A DNA stretch of 64,000 nt from Chloroflexota bacterium (GTDB lineage Bacteria > Chloroflexota > UBA11872 > VXOZ01). Under the pieces are notes generated by a model. It searched no databases, was not told where the DNA came from, and worked only from the letters and a program-made list of their open reading frames with translations. The DNA lies in contig OZ244922.1 of assembly GCA_965221905.1 (NCBI GenBank), positions 1,792,001 through 1,856,000 of the forward strand. The letters run 5' to 3'. Every line of letters begins with the position of its first letter. Position 1 is the stretch's first letter. Below, in pieces: positions 49,967 to 60,139 of the stretch. Both the position numbers and the translations under genes were made by a program.

Positions 49967-50429
49967 CAGCAACCTCCCCGCCAAAGAGCACGTTGAATTG
50001 CTCACGAATAAGGTCCCAGCGGCTGCTGAACGGCAGGTCGGCCTCATTTGCGTTGCCGTCTTGCGGCAACTGCAATTGCCTGGCGCTTTCCGGCACTTGC
50101 GCGAAGTGCACCTGCTCCGCCGGTATCATGCCTAGCTGCTTTCTAGCAACGAGCTCGATGGTGCGAAGATCACCAGCTTGGGCGATCTGAGTGCGGAGCA
50201 ATTGGTTTTCCCGTTCGATTTGCTCGATGGTTCGTTCCAGTCCCTGAATGCGAAAACCTGCGTCTGCCACTTGCCCGGCGGGCATCAAGTAGAGCAGTGC
50301 GATAAGGAAGAGCACGAGTATGCCCATGTCTACGGCAACATGAGGGCTCAATTCGTAATACCATGGCTTGCGGTCTGGGCTGGCTGCCCTTGCGGTCGGT
50401 CGTGGGAGGATTGATTCTTGTTGCGCCAT
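49956..50429 (-). CDS. ftsL: FtsL-like septum formation protein
   Basis: Single TM, coiled coil, IELVARKQLGM; between rsmH and the PBP. Confidence 0.75.
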   Translation of the reverse strand: MAQQESILPRPTARAASPDRKPWYYELSPHVAVDMGILVLFLIALLYLMPAGQVADAGFRIQGLERTIEQIERENQLLRTQIAQAGDLRTIELVARKQLGMIPAEQVHFAQVPESARQLQLPQDGNANEADLPFSSRWDLIREQFNVLFGGEVADAS

Positions 50430-50441
50430 CGGTCGCTCTTC

Positions 50442-51383
50442 TTAAATGCGTTCGGCGATGCGTAGTCGCGCGCTGCGGCAGCGCGGGTTCCGTACTAGCT
50501 CCATCTGATCGGGACGAATGGGTTTTCGCGTCAGCACACGCAGCGTTTCACGTGGATTGCAGACACATTGCGGAATGTTCCCCGGGCAGATGCACCGCCC
50601 CGCCGCACGTTGCAGGAATCCCTTAACGATCCGGTCCTCCAAGCTGTGAAAGGCTATCACTACCAAGCGCCCCCCGGAAGTGAGAAGGTCACGAGCCTGT
50701 TCCAAGGCGCTCTGCAGATGGTCGAGTTCCCCATTCACGGCAATGCGCAAGGCTTGAAAGGTCCGCGTGGCCGGGTGGATGCGGTGTCTGCCCCTCCCAT
50801 AGGCGGATTGGACGATTTTGGCCAAATCGGAAACCAAGGCAAGCGGGCGTTCTCTTCGGCGCTCCACAATGCGCCGTGCAATACGCCGTGAGTATCGTTC
50901 TTCTCCGTAGTTCCAGATAAGGTTTGCAAGGGCTTCTTGGTCCCAGGTGTTAACGATTGTCGCCGCGGTAAGGCCCTGTGCCGGGTTCATGCGCATGTCA
51001 AGCGGGCCTTCTTGTTGCAAGGAAAACCCGCGCCGCGGACTTGCAAGTTGTAGGGAAGACATGCCCAGATCGAATAAGATACCGTTTATCTCGCGAAAGC
51101 CGGCCTGCTCGGCCGCGGCAAGGAGCTGGACGAAGTTTCGCTGCAAGAGCACTGCACGCTTGCCAAACCCCTGTAAGCGCAGCTCACAGCGGCTTAGTGC
51201 GTGCGGGTCGAGGTCCAGTCCGAGCAGCCGACCGGTGGGCGTGCTTTGAGAAAGTATCCCCTCGGCGTGTCCGCCGCCATTTACCGTGCAGTCAATGTAG
51301 TTTCCACCCTTGTTCGCCTGGAGCGCTTCTAGCACAATAGGGAGCAGGACGGGTATGTGTCTCGGTAGCACCTGAGACTGCAT
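50442..51383 (-). CDS. rsmH: 16S rRNA (cytosine1402-N4)-methyltransferase
   Basis: HIPVLL, DLGMSS, PLDMRM, FQALRIAVN, FHSLEDR, NPRCRSARLR. Confidence 0.97.
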   Translation of the reverse strand: MQSQVLPRHIPVLLPIVLEALQANKGGNYIDCTVNGGGHAEGILSQSTPTGRLLGLDLDPHALSRCELRLQGFGKRAVLLQRNFVQLLAAAEQAGFREINGILFDLGMSSLQLASPRRGFSLQQEGPLDMRMNPAQGLTAATIVNTWDQEALANLIWNYGEERYSRRIARRIVERRRERPLALVSDLAKIVQSAYGRGRHRIHPATRTFQALRIAVNGELDHLQSALEQARDLLTSGGRLVVIAFHSLEDRIVKGFLQRAAGRCICPGNIPQCVCNPRETLRVLTRKPIRPDQMELVRNPRCRSARLRIAERI

Positions 51384-51500
51384 TGGGCGTTTCCTGGCGC
51401 TTGATTGACCTACGGCAGGGAAGTTGTTGTACTTAAAGCGTGACTGCTAGCGTGAACGACAAGACCGGACATTCTCAATGACTGCAATCATCGGGGATAG

Positions 51501-51932
51501 TTAGATTCCGAGATCGGCAAGCTGTTCTGCAAGGCTGCCGCCTGCGGCTTCCGTAGTTGCCTTGACGGCGTTCCATTCCTCAAGACCCCAAACTTCTATG
51601 CGCTGATAGAGTCCAATAACCGCCACGTTGGCCGCGATGCCGGCATATGTGCGTAGATATTGTGGGAGGATCGTTCGTCCTTGGCCGTCGAGGGAAAGGT
51701 CTACGGCGCCTGAGAAGAGCAGACGGCTGAGCGTGCGCACGTTTGGTTGCGTCTGTGGCAATCGGCTCACTCTCTCTGCAAGCGACGCCCATTCACTGCC
51801 GGGATAGATCACGAGGCACTTATCGAGCCCGCGTGTAACCACGGCGCCGTCCGCTAGTTCCTCGCGAAACTTGGCTGGAATAGCGAGGCGGCCCTTTTGA
51901 TCCACTGTGTGCTGGTATTCGCCAAGAAACAC
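51501..51932 (-). CDS. mraZ: division/cell wall cluster repressor MraZ
   Basis: FLGEYQHTVDQKGRLAIP, DGQGR, RIEVW. Confidence 0.97.
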   Translation of the reverse strand: MFLGEYQHTVDQKGRLAIPAKFREELADGAVVTRGLDKCLVIYPGSEWASLAERVSRLPQTQPNVRTLSRLLFSGAVDLSLDGQGRTILPQYLRTYAGIAANVAVIGLYQRIEVWGLEEWNAVKATTEAAGGSLAEQLADLGI

Positions 51933-51960
51933 CGTCAATCACCCACCTCGTGGAAGTTCT

Positions 51961-52033
51961 CCACATTTACCCCCACTTCTCCCCACTCTTATCCACAAGC
52001 GCAATTATAGCGGCAGGGAGTTTCCGAGGTCAA
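51961..52033 (-). promoter_or_regulatory. mraZ/dcw promoter with MraZ boxes and an overlapping DnaA box
   Basis: TTGACC-N18-TATAAT (52033-52004); GTGG-N6-GTGG-N6-GTGG-N8-GTGG (51996-51961); TTATCCACA at 51989-51997. Confidence 0.8.
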
Positions 52034-52438
52034 GACTAATTGACGGGTTTTTCAAGGAAGATTTCCGTGGATTCGCGGCGAGAATTTGGGCTTGCAAGCA
52101 AAGTCGTTGCTTTTGGATAAACTGACAATTGCTCAGGTTAGTTCCAACGGTTTCTTGGGCCACAATCTGAACGATTGAACGTTCATGTAGAATTGGCGCC
52201 GGGCAAGATGGCGGTCGCGCATTTATCGTTCTCCGTGGGGAGAGGGAGTGGGCGGCCCACTTCAAGATACGCGCAAGCGGGCTCCCAATCGGATGTGTGT
52301 GCTGAAAGTTGAGGAAGTGCTATAGAGATTAGCAAGAGCCACACAGTTTTCTGCGCTACACTAAGAGCAGGCGCCGAGAGAATCGCCTACCCACGCAGTC
52401 GAACGGCGGCAAATGAGATTGAATTACCGGCTTAGCCC

Positions 52439-53662
52439 ATGACGATTACACAAGAGGTACTCAGCTTTGCACAGGAGCTCGGCTTCCGGCCGGTGGGCAT
52501 CGCGCCGGCGCACTCCTTCACGGAGACCCGCGCGGCTGCGCGTGCTCGGCTGAAGGCCGGCCACCTCGACGGCATGGACTGGTATACGTCGGCGCGCGTC
52601 GAGCGCGGCACCAGGCCGGATTGGCTTCTTTCGGAGGCGCGATCCATAGTTTCCCTCGCCTTGCCCTACTACGTCGGCGACTTTCCTACGGATGGCTCGC
52701 TCCCGCGCGAACCTCGCGGCATCGTGTCACGGTACGCGTGGGGGAGGGATTACCACAATGTGTTGAGGAAGAAACTGAAGAAGCTGGTGGCGTTTCTCGA
52801 GGGCAAGCATGCCGCGGCCCGCTTCTTTGCAGACACAGGTCCCATTCTCGACCGCGCGGCAGCTTTTCGCGCCGGTGTGGGCTGGTACGGCAAGAGTACG
52901 ATGATTCTGACAGAGGATCAGGGCACGTGGGTATTCCTCGCCGAAGTGATTACCGACTTGAGGTTGGAATACACCAAGCCGCTGAAGAAGAATTGCGGAA
53001 GCTGCACCCGGTGCATTGACGCATGTCCCACCGGCGCGATCGTTGCGCCGTACCAGGTCGACGCCCGCCGTTGCATCGCCTACCTCACGATTGAAAACCG
53101 GGGCGGCATACCACGCGAACTTCGCTCGCAGATTGGTACGCGTGTCTTTGGCTGTGACATTTGCCAAGACGTTTGCCCGGTCAATCGTTACGTAACCGCC
53201 GACGCCGACGAGGATTTTCTGCCACGACCCGGCGTTGGACCCACAATTCCGCTCCTCCCCTTGCTGGAGATCACCGAAGAGGAATTTAGGAACCGGTTTG
53301 AGGGTACGCCGCTCATGCGCGCAAAGCGTCAGGGACTGAGGCGCAACGCAATCGTCGCGCTGGGCAACGCCGGCGATCCGAAGGCAATTTCCGCGTTGCG
53401 CCGCATACTGCTGGACGATGAAGAGACTCCCATGCTGCGCGGGCACGCGGCATGGGCGCTCGGGCGCTTTAGAGACTCGACTGCGAAGGATGCTTTGCAA
53501 CATGCTCTTGAGCAGTCGCTTCCTTGTGAAGTACTCGCAGAGGTAGAGGTAGCGCTAGGCGAGCTTGTAGATCAAGGCACCCGTGATGGCCATGCACCTG
53601 TTATAAAGAAGGCGACTTCACCTTCTGAGGGGACGTCTTCCCCGTCTGAGGCACCCGTGTAG
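52439..53662 (+). CDS. queG: tRNA epoxyqueuosine reductase with C-terminal HEAT repeats
   Basis: RYAWGRDYH, CGSCTRCIDACPT, GCDICQDVCP, RNAIVALGN, HAAWALG. Confidence 0.95.
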   Translation: MTITQEVLSFAQELGFRPVGIAPAHSFTETRAAARARLKAGHLDGMDWYTSARVERGTRPDWLLSEARSIVSLALPYYVGDFPTDGSLPREPRGIVSRYAWGRDYHNVLRKKLKKLVAFLEGKHAAARFFADTGPILDRAAAFRAGVGWYGKSTMILTEDQGTWVFLAEVITDLRLEYTKPLKKNCGSCTRCIDACPTGAIVAPYQVDARRCIAYLTIENRGGIPRELRSQIGTRVFGCDICQDVCPVNRYVTADADEDFLPRPGVGPTIPLLPLLEITEEEFRNRFEGTPLMRAKRQGLRRNAIVALGNAGDPKAISALRRILLDDEETPMLRGHAAWALGRFRDSTAKDALQHALEQSLPCEVLAEVEVALGELVDQGTRDGHAPVIKKATSPSEGTSSPSEAPV

Positions 53663-53729
53663 GATTTCCTGTCCGCATCGACTCTCTTTGCCTCTACCGA
53701 TCAATGCAGATCAATGTACCCGGGGACGA

Positions 53730-54170
53730 TTAAGAGTCAATCTCATCGTTCCAGTGAATGGCTCTAAAGGGATCGAATGCGATGTGGTCTACCACCTGTC
53801 CCTTGACCAGGTGTTCGCTCACGATTGTGCGCACGTCCCGTGGCAGGATGTCGCAATAAATGGTGCCTTCAGGGTAAACCTGCACAACCGGTGCGCGAGT
53901 GCATAGACTAAGGCACGTCGCAGGGTAGACCTTCACGGATTTGGCGAGATCGAGTCGCTCAATCTGTTTCTTGACTTCGGTCAAAATGCCCCGGCTCTTC
54001 TGATCGGAACACGAAGGACCGATACACACAAACACGCGACGCGGTCGATTCTCCCCGTCCCAACTGGAGACATCGTCTTCAGCAGGTGTTTCGGGCTTTG
54101 CTTCCGAACTGTTCATGCGACGAGATGATTGGGGCTTTTTCTTCCGTTTGCGATAATCGCTTCTTGCCAT
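53730..54170 (-). CDS. thioredoxin-like [2Fe-2S] ferredoxin with a basic N-terminal extension
   Basis: VFVCIGPSC ... CLSLCTRAPVVQVYPEG ... EHL. Confidence 0.85.
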   Translation of the reverse strand: MARSDYRKRKKKPQSSRRMNSSEAKPETPAEDDVSSWDGENRPRRVFVCIGPSCSDQKSRGILTEVKKQIERLDLAKSVKVYPATCLSLCTRAPVVQVYPEGTIYCDILPRDVRTIVSEHLVKGQVVDHIAFDPFRAIHWNDEIDS

Positions 54171-54287
54171 GAGCGTCTATCCTTCGGCGCTCGCACAGTC
54201 GTCCGTACGGCAGTAGAATGCCGTCTACGATTCTAGAGCTATGCACCTGTGTCTTACTACATCTGGCGTAATTCAGCGTGCTGCCCG

Positions 54288-54983
54288 CTATTCAACGGGC
54301 TGCACGAAGATCCAATTCGCCGCCTGCAGGCTTATGCTGACGGCCTGATCGCCTACGCGCAATTCGATGGCGCCAGCGGATGGCGCTACGTGCGCTACTG
54401 TAATTCGCGCACCCGGCACGATGCCGTTTCGATGAAAATACTCAAGGAGACGGCTGTCTTGCTCTGCTTGCTCTGTGATACGTTCCACCATTAGCTCGTC
54501 GCCCTCTGCGGCCACGTCAAGATAGAGTCCTGTTTCTAGGTTGGGCGATCCGGAGCCGGGGATTGGATTGCCATGCGGGCACGTGGCGGGTTCTCCCAAG
54601 AGAGCGGCGAGCTTGGCTTCCACGCTAGGTGAAATAGCGTGTTCGAGCCGACTTGCCTCCTCGTGCACGTCGTACCAAGGGACACCGAGTAAGTCTGTGA
54701 GGAGTCGTTCCGAGAGCCGGTGACGACGTACCATTCGCTCCGCAACCTCTTGGCCCTTTGGTGTAAACTCAATCTCTCTGCGCCGGCTCAGGGAAACGTA
54801 TCCTTCCTTCACCAGACGACGAAGCGCTTCGGTTACGGTTGGCGCGGCGACACCCAGATGCTCCGCTAGCCGCGCAGCAATTACCTCACGACCCTCGTCT
54901 CCCAGAGCGTAGATCGCTTCCAAATAACGCTCTATGCCCGCTGTGGTGGGTCGTGTGTTCGATGCGTGTTCTTCATTGCCCAT
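54288..54983 (-). CDS. DtxR/MntR/IdeR family metal-dependent regulator with FeoA domain
   Basis: ERYLEAIY, PTVTEALRRL, RRHRLSE, EASRLEH, CPHGNPIP. Confidence 0.93.
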   Translation of the reverse strand: MGNEEHASNTRPTTAGIERYLEAIYALGDEGREVIAARLAEHLGVAAPTVTEALRRLVKEGYVSLSRRREIEFTPKGQEVAERMVRRHRLSERLLTDLLGVPWYDVHEEASRLEHAISPSVEAKLAALLGEPATCPHGNPIPGSGSPNLETGLYLDVAAEGDELMVERITEQAEQDSRLLEYFHRNGIVPGARITVAHVAPSAGAIELRVGDQAVSISLQAANWIFVQPVE

Positions 54984-55430
54984 GGTATTACGGATCCCCG
55001 CAAAACACTAGATTGGCGCATTACCCTAGAGGAATGCTCTCGCTGGCGTTAAGTATACGGTTCGCCAGAGGCCCTGTAAATAGAACCAAAGGGATCGCCC
55101 AGTCGAGTCTTGGCGGCTTCTGAATCGTTTTGGCACTAGAAATCACTGCAACTCTCACCAATGGGACGAGGCGCCTGACCTTCACTTGCTTCTACTCTTG
55201 CATCCCACTCACTCTCATAAACCCACTGATACCTAGGAGTCTTCATTTACTTGACGGCCGGAGGTTTAGACCCTTCTTGGGGCGCGTCTAGATTGCTGCC
55301 GATCCAAAAGCAAAGGAACCGACTTCTACTAATTTGCTGGAGTTCTCATTGAATCTGGAGAATCCCTTAGTTGAGAGCGGTGTCGAGGTCAAGTATGTTA
55401 ACAAGCAGCGTCTACGCGGAGGCGATTCTG

Positions 55431-57023
55431 TTGGGAGGGATAGCAATTACCTACGACTACATAGTCATCGGCAGTGGTATTGCAGGGCTCTACGCCGCGC
55501 ATTATGCGCGTCAATACGGTTCAGTGCTAATTCTGACCAAGGGTAGTCTCTCTCAATCCAATACACGCTATGCGCAAGGTGGAGTAGCGGCTGCGGTGGC
55601 CGCAGACGATAGCCCCGTGCTGCATTGGAAAGATACGATGGTGGCGGGCGCCGGGTTGTGCGACCCGCGCGCCGTGATGGTAATGGTCTCCGAAGGTCCT
55701 GCTTGCGTACGCGAATTGATGACGCTTGGAGTCAGTTTTGACACGCTGCACGGTGAGATCACGTTGGCGAAGGAGGGGGCGCATACAGTGCCCCGCGTAC
55801 TTCACGCGCGAGGAGACGCTACCGGTGCGGAAATCGAGGGTGCGCTTACGCGATATACTCGCCGCAATGCCGTGACAATTCGCGAGCATTATCTCGCCAC
55901 AAGGCTGCTCATACAGGGTGATCGCTGCGTCGGAGTTGAAGCACTCAACGAACGGGAAGGGACGTTTCATACATTTGGCTCTCGCAATGTCATCCTATGC
56001 GCCGGAGGGGCGGGTCAGGTCTTTGCCTACACGACAAATCCAAGAATTGCTACAGGCGATGGCGTGGCGCTAGCATTCGCGGCGGGTGCGGGTATCGCGG
56101 ACATGGAGTTCTTTCAGTTCCATCCAACCGCGCTTCGCACAGCCGGCGCACCTTCATTCCTGATTTCTGAAGCGGTGCGCGGCGCGGGCGCTTACTTGCG
56201 TAATAGCAACGATGAGCGGTACATGCTTCGCTATCACGAGCTTGCAGAGTTGGCTCCGCGCGACGTGGTTGCACGAGCTGCTGTGCAGGAGATGGCCCAT
56301 ACGGATAGCGACTGCGTTTACTTGGATTTGCGTCATTTGGACGCGGCGGAGACACGCACTCACTTTCCAACGATCTTTGCCCGCTGTCAGCAATATGGTA
56401 TTGACATAACAAGAGAACCCATACCCGTTGCTCCGGCCGCCCACTATATGACGGGAGGTGCGCTCACAGACCTCAGAGGGCGATCCTCGGTACCGGGCCT
56501 CTACGCGTGCGGTGAAGTGGCGTGTACCGGCGTTCATGGTGCTAACCGGCTGGCAAGCAACTCGTTGCTCGAGGCGTTGGTCTTCGCAAGGCGGATCGTA
56601 CTGGATTCGCAGGGGATGACTATGCCGGACTACGCATTGCCGGAGGAGAGCGAGGCTGCGCTTGCCCCGAACCAGCACGTACGCATCTCAGTGCCGCCCG
56701 CGGACACGAGCCGCAAGCGCGCTGGCGGGGCGCTGCCTGCGCTGCAGCGGCTGATGTGGCAAAATACGGGCATTGTGCGTGAAGAACGGTGCCTAGCGGA
56801 AGCGGATGGAAAAATACGGGACTGGCTGGCGCGCACGCCGGTTGCGTCCACGCGGCGCCAGCACGAATATCGTTCGTCGCTGTTATTGGGGTTGCTGCTC
56901 ACGAACGCCGCTCGTTTGCGCAGAGAGAGCCGTGGCGCACACTATCGTCAAGACTTCCCCGACCCCAATGATGAGTGGCGTCGCCGCATCGTTATCTATC
57001 CGGAAGTGCGCGGCAGCGGCTAG
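55431..57023 (+). CDS. nadB: L-aspartate oxidase
   Basis: IGSGIAGL, YAQGG, EGAH, QFHPT, SEAVRG, HGANRLASNSLLE, ESRGAH; GGAGG 8 nt before TTG 55431. Confidence 0.95.
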   Translation: MGGIAITYDYIVIGSGIAGLYAAHYARQYGSVLILTKGSLSQSNTRYAQGGVAAAVAADDSPVLHWKDTMVAGAGLCDPRAVMVMVSEGPACVRELMTLGVSFDTLHGEITLAKEGAHTVPRVLHARGDATGAEIEGALTRYTRRNAVTIREHYLATRLLIQGDRCVGVEALNEREGTFHTFGSRNVILCAGGAGQVFAYTTNPRIATGDGVALAFAAGAGIADMEFFQFHPTALRTAGAPSFLISEAVRGAGAYLRNSNDERYMLRYHELAELAPRDVVARAAVQEMAHTDSDCVYLDLRHLDAAETRTHFPTIFARCQQYGIDITREPIPVAPAAHYMTGGALTDLRGRSSVPGLYACGEVACTGVHGANRLASNSLLEALVFARRIVLDSQGMTMPDYALPEESEAALAPNQHVRISVPPADTSRKRAGGALPALQRLMWQNTGIVREERCLAEADGKIRDWLARTPVASTRRQHEYRSSLLLGLLLTNAARLRRESRGAHYRQDFPDPNDEWRRRIVIYPEVRGSG

Positions 57024-57068
57024 AGCTATATGCGTGTGAATCGTAGCGGCGAATAGGGAGACTATCGC

Positions 57069-57923
57069 TTGAATACAGTTCCATTGCGCCTGACACATGA
57101 TCACATCGATGAGCTTTTGCACCGAGCCTTGGCGGAGGACATTGGCGCGGGCGACGTTACAACGCAGGCCCTTGTTCCGGCCCACCAATCAGGTGTGGCG
57201 GTGGCTTTTGCCAAACAAGACGGCGTGCTGGCCGGAAACGCCATTGCAGCAAGAGTATTTTCACTTCTGGACGGTGCCGTTGATGCGGCCCTGCTGCTCG
57301 CTGATGGGGAGCTTCTCACACCCGGCACTACGTTCTTGCACGTCGAGGGATCGTTGCAGGCAATTCTTACCGGGGAGCGTGTGGCACTCAACATCTTGAG
57401 GCACCTCTCTGGTATCGCCACGCTCACGCGTGCCTTTGTCCAGGCTGTGGAAGGCACGAATGCCAGAATAATCGATACCCGCAAGACGACGCCCGGCTTG
57501 CGGCTCTTCGAGAAATATGCTGTTCGCGTCGGTGGCGGCCACAATCACCGCATGGGCCTCTTTGACGGGGTGCTCATCAAGGACAACCACATCGCCGCGT
57601 GCGGTTCCGTGACTGCGGCAGTGGAGCGAGCAAGGTCTTCAGTGCATCATCTGCTAAAGATTCAGATTGAGGCGAAGACCTTGGAGCAGGTAGCCGAGGC
57701 ACTTGAGGCAGGTGCAGATGGTATCCTGCTTGACAATATGTCACCAGAAACTATGTCACAGGCGGTAGCAATGGTGCGAGGCAGAGCGTTCACGGAGGCT
57801 TCGGGGGGCATTACACTCGACTCGGTTAGAGATGCTGCGCGCACTGGTGTAGACTTAATCTCGGTGGGCATGCTAACGCACTCAGCAGCGGCATTAGATA
57901 TTAGTCTTGATATTGAAGGATAA
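57069..57923 (+). CDS. nadC: nicotinate-nucleotide diphosphorylase (carboxylating)
   Basis: EDIGAGDVTT, DTRKTTPG, NHRMGL, IKDNH, LLDNM, EASGG. Confidence 0.97.
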   Translation: MNTVPLRLTHDHIDELLHRALAEDIGAGDVTTQALVPAHQSGVAVAFAKQDGVLAGNAIAARVFSLLDGAVDAALLLADGELLTPGTTFLHVEGSLQAILTGERVALNILRHLSGIATLTRAFVQAVEGTNARIIDTRKTTPGLRLFEKYAVRVGGGHNHRMGLFDGVLIKDNHIAACGSVTAAVERARSSVHHLLKIQIEAKTLEQVAEALEAGADGILLDNMSPETMSQAVAMVRGRAFTEASGGITLDSVRDAARTGVDLISVGMLTHSAAALDISLDIEG

Positions 57924-57929
57924 AATAGG

Positions 57930-58289
57930 ATGACCTCCGAGTTGGTTTTCGAGCGGCAGTACCGTACCCCAACGTCAGAGGGCTATCGAGTGCTCAGGCT
58001 AGGCGCTCCGCTTGGTCAAGTCGAATTGCATTATGCCCACACGGTCGTCTACTGTACGCTGGTGCTCTTTCAGGATCTGACCGAGCACGAACAGTTCTCC
58101 GTAATTGAGGGAATTGACGATCATCTTGTGCTTTCAGCCGAGATGCCCCGTGAAGACCTCATGGTGACCGTCTACCGCGGCCAAGAGATTGGGTTCTATA
58201 ACGACGATATGTTTAGTCATGTGCGGGCCGAAGAAGAGAGTCAGGATGTTTCGTCCAACGGGGATGATGCTGAGTTTCTTACAAACTAA
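57930..58289 (+). CDS. hypothetical protein (acidic)
   Basis: ATG 6 bp after the nadC stop; FERQYRTPTSEGY ... VTVYRGQEIGFY resembles, from memory, a Chloroflexota-conserved hypothetical family. Confidence 0.7.
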   Translation: MTSELVFERQYRTPTSEGYRVLRLGAPLGQVELHYAHTVVYCTLVLFQDLTEHEQFSVIEGIDDHLVLSAEMPREDLMVTVYRGQEIGFYNDDMFSHVRAEEESQDVSSNGDDAEFLTN

Positions 58290-58320
58290 GCGGAACACCT
58301 GTGCACGATTTAGGCACCGA

Positions 58321-58899
58321 TCAAAGCGGCAACTTGAGATGCGCAGAATTGAGCGAACCCTCAAGCGCAAGTAACCGTTCCTTCCAAGGAAGCCCGCGCG
58401 TATAGCCCCCAAAGCTGCCGTCACTCGCAATCACACGATGACAAGGCACGATGATCGGCAGCGCGTTCTTCCCCAATGCATTACCAACAGCCCGGTAGGC
58501 TTGCGGCTTGCCAATGCGTTTGGCGATGTCCTGATACGATGTGAGCGACCCGTATTCGATAGCGTTCGTCTCTTCCCACACCGCTCGTTGGAAGTCGGTC
58601 CCGTTCAAAGCAATGGGAATACTAAATGCGACCCCATTGCCTGCGAAGAACGCGAGCAGCTCGTCTGCGGCCCTAGCCGCAATCTGCTCCCCGCCAGCAC
58701 CGTCTCCGACAATTGTTTCTGCCAGCTTTTCTTCCAGTTCTTTGCCGGCTTCCAGAGCGTTAGCATGCCCAAAGGTTGCTCCACAGACGCCTTGAGATGT
58801 CGCGGCGACGGCAAACCACCCCCACTGCTGCCCGGCATCTGCAATGCGTATCGTGCACACGCGGCTCTGCGACCCATGTGAGTTTAATTCACTAGCCAT
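58321..58899 (-). CDS. ogt: methylated-DNA--protein-cysteine methyltransferase
   Basis: GTDFQRAVW, RAVGNA, IVPCHRVI. Confidence 0.93.
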   Translation of the reverse strand: MASELNSHGSQSRVCTIRIADAGQQWGWFAVAATSQGVCGATFGHANALEAGKELEEKLAETIVGDGAGGEQIAARAADELLAFFAGNGVAFSIPIALNGTDFQRAVWEETNAIEYGSLTSYQDIAKRIGKPQAYRAVGNALGKNALPIIVPCHRVIASDGSFGGYTRGLPWKERLLALEGSLNSAHLKLPL

Positions 58900-58976
58900 C
58901 AACTCAACTGTACTTTCTATTGAGACACCGTTTCATGACGCACATTCCAATGCGCTCTGCTAGCGCAGCCTTTGCG

Positions 58977-59921
58977 CTACACCCTGGCTCCAGGCACTGG
59001 AACGGACTCTAGCAGTTCCAAAACGACTTCGTTGGTGCTGGTATTCCGTACCCCGGCTCCCGGACTGACGATTAAGCGGTGCGATAGCGCAGGTACGGCC
59101 ATATACTTCACGTCGTCCGGCGTGGCGTAATCGCGTCCCATGAGGATTGCGCGGGCTTGGGCGGTATGGTCGAGCGCCAGGCTACCCCGCGGACTTGCGC
59201 CCAAGTAAACGTCCGGATGCTGGCGAGTCGCGTTCACGAGTTCCACAATGTATTCACGCACCAAGCGGTCGACATAGACTTCCCTGGTACGCTGTTGCAT
59301 TTCAACCAACTCGCCCACTTCCACTACTTGGCTGATTTCATCAAGTGGCTGCGACCGCTGTTGCGTTTCGAGGACGGCCATCTCGTCGGCCCGACGGGGG
59401 TACCCAAGCTCGATGCGAATGAGAAAGCGATCGAGTTGGGCCTCGGGCAATGGGAACGTACCCTCGTATTCAATAGGGTTTTGCGTAGCAAGCACGAGAA
59501 ATGGACTTGGGAGAGGGAATGTTTGCCCATCCACCGTGACGTTTCGTTCCTCCATGGCCTCGAGCAGCGCCGACTGCGTCTTTGGGGTGGCGCGATTGAT
59601 CTCATCCGCAAGAACAATCTGAGCCATAATCGGGCCCGGTCGAAATTCAAATTCGTTGGTCTTTTGGTTAAAGATGAAGACACCGGTAATGTCGCTGGGC
59701 AACATGTCCGGCGTAAACTGAAGTCTCTTGAAGCTGCACCCAATCGAGCGCGCTACCGCTTTGGCGAGCGAGGTCTTGCCCACGCCGGGGACGTCCTCAA
59801 CCAAGACGTGCCCGCCGCAAAGCAATGCAATTAGCGCTAGCTCTACTTCCGCATGCTTGCCTATGATGACTCGCTCGACATTCTCGATCACGCGCTCCGC
59901 AAATTCTTGAATGCCTTCCAT
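58977..59921 (-). CDS. MoxR family AAA+ ATPase
   Basis: [45 protein letters not shown]. Confidence 0.95.
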   Translation of the reverse strand: MEGIQEFAERVIENVERVIIGKHAEVELALIALLCGGHVLVEDVPGVGKTSLAKAVARSIGCSFKRLQFTPDMLPSDITGVFIFNQKTNEFEFRPGPIMAQIVLADEINRATPKTQSALLEAMEERNVTVDGQTFPLPSPFLVLATQNPIEYEGTFPLPEAQLDRFLIRIELGYPRRADEMAVLETQQRSQPLDEISQVVEVGELVEMQQRTREVYVDRLVREYIVELVNATRQHPDVYLGASPRGSLALDHTAQARAILMGRDYATPDDVKYMAVPALSHRLIVSPGAGVRNTSTNEVVLELLESVPVPGARV

Positions 59922-60139
59922 GTTGGTGTCCTCACACTTCTCGAACCGCTACAAGAGACTTCAACTTAGAGTATACACGCTGTTCCGGCCGCGCTTGGAA
60001 CACAAGCAGCGGGATAGAGCTGTTCTCGCCGTTGCGCGGGAGGTAGGTCCTAGACCAATGCGTGGCAAGTGCGGGTTGCCTAGCTCTATTCTAACCACTA
60101 TGCTGAAGAAAACCTGAGATTATCCAAAGGAGCACAGGA

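Noticed and set aside
55433-55450. Non-canonical ATT start for nadB after GGGAGG
   Set aside because: An in-frame TTG at 55431 with its own GGAGG 8 nt upstream is simpler
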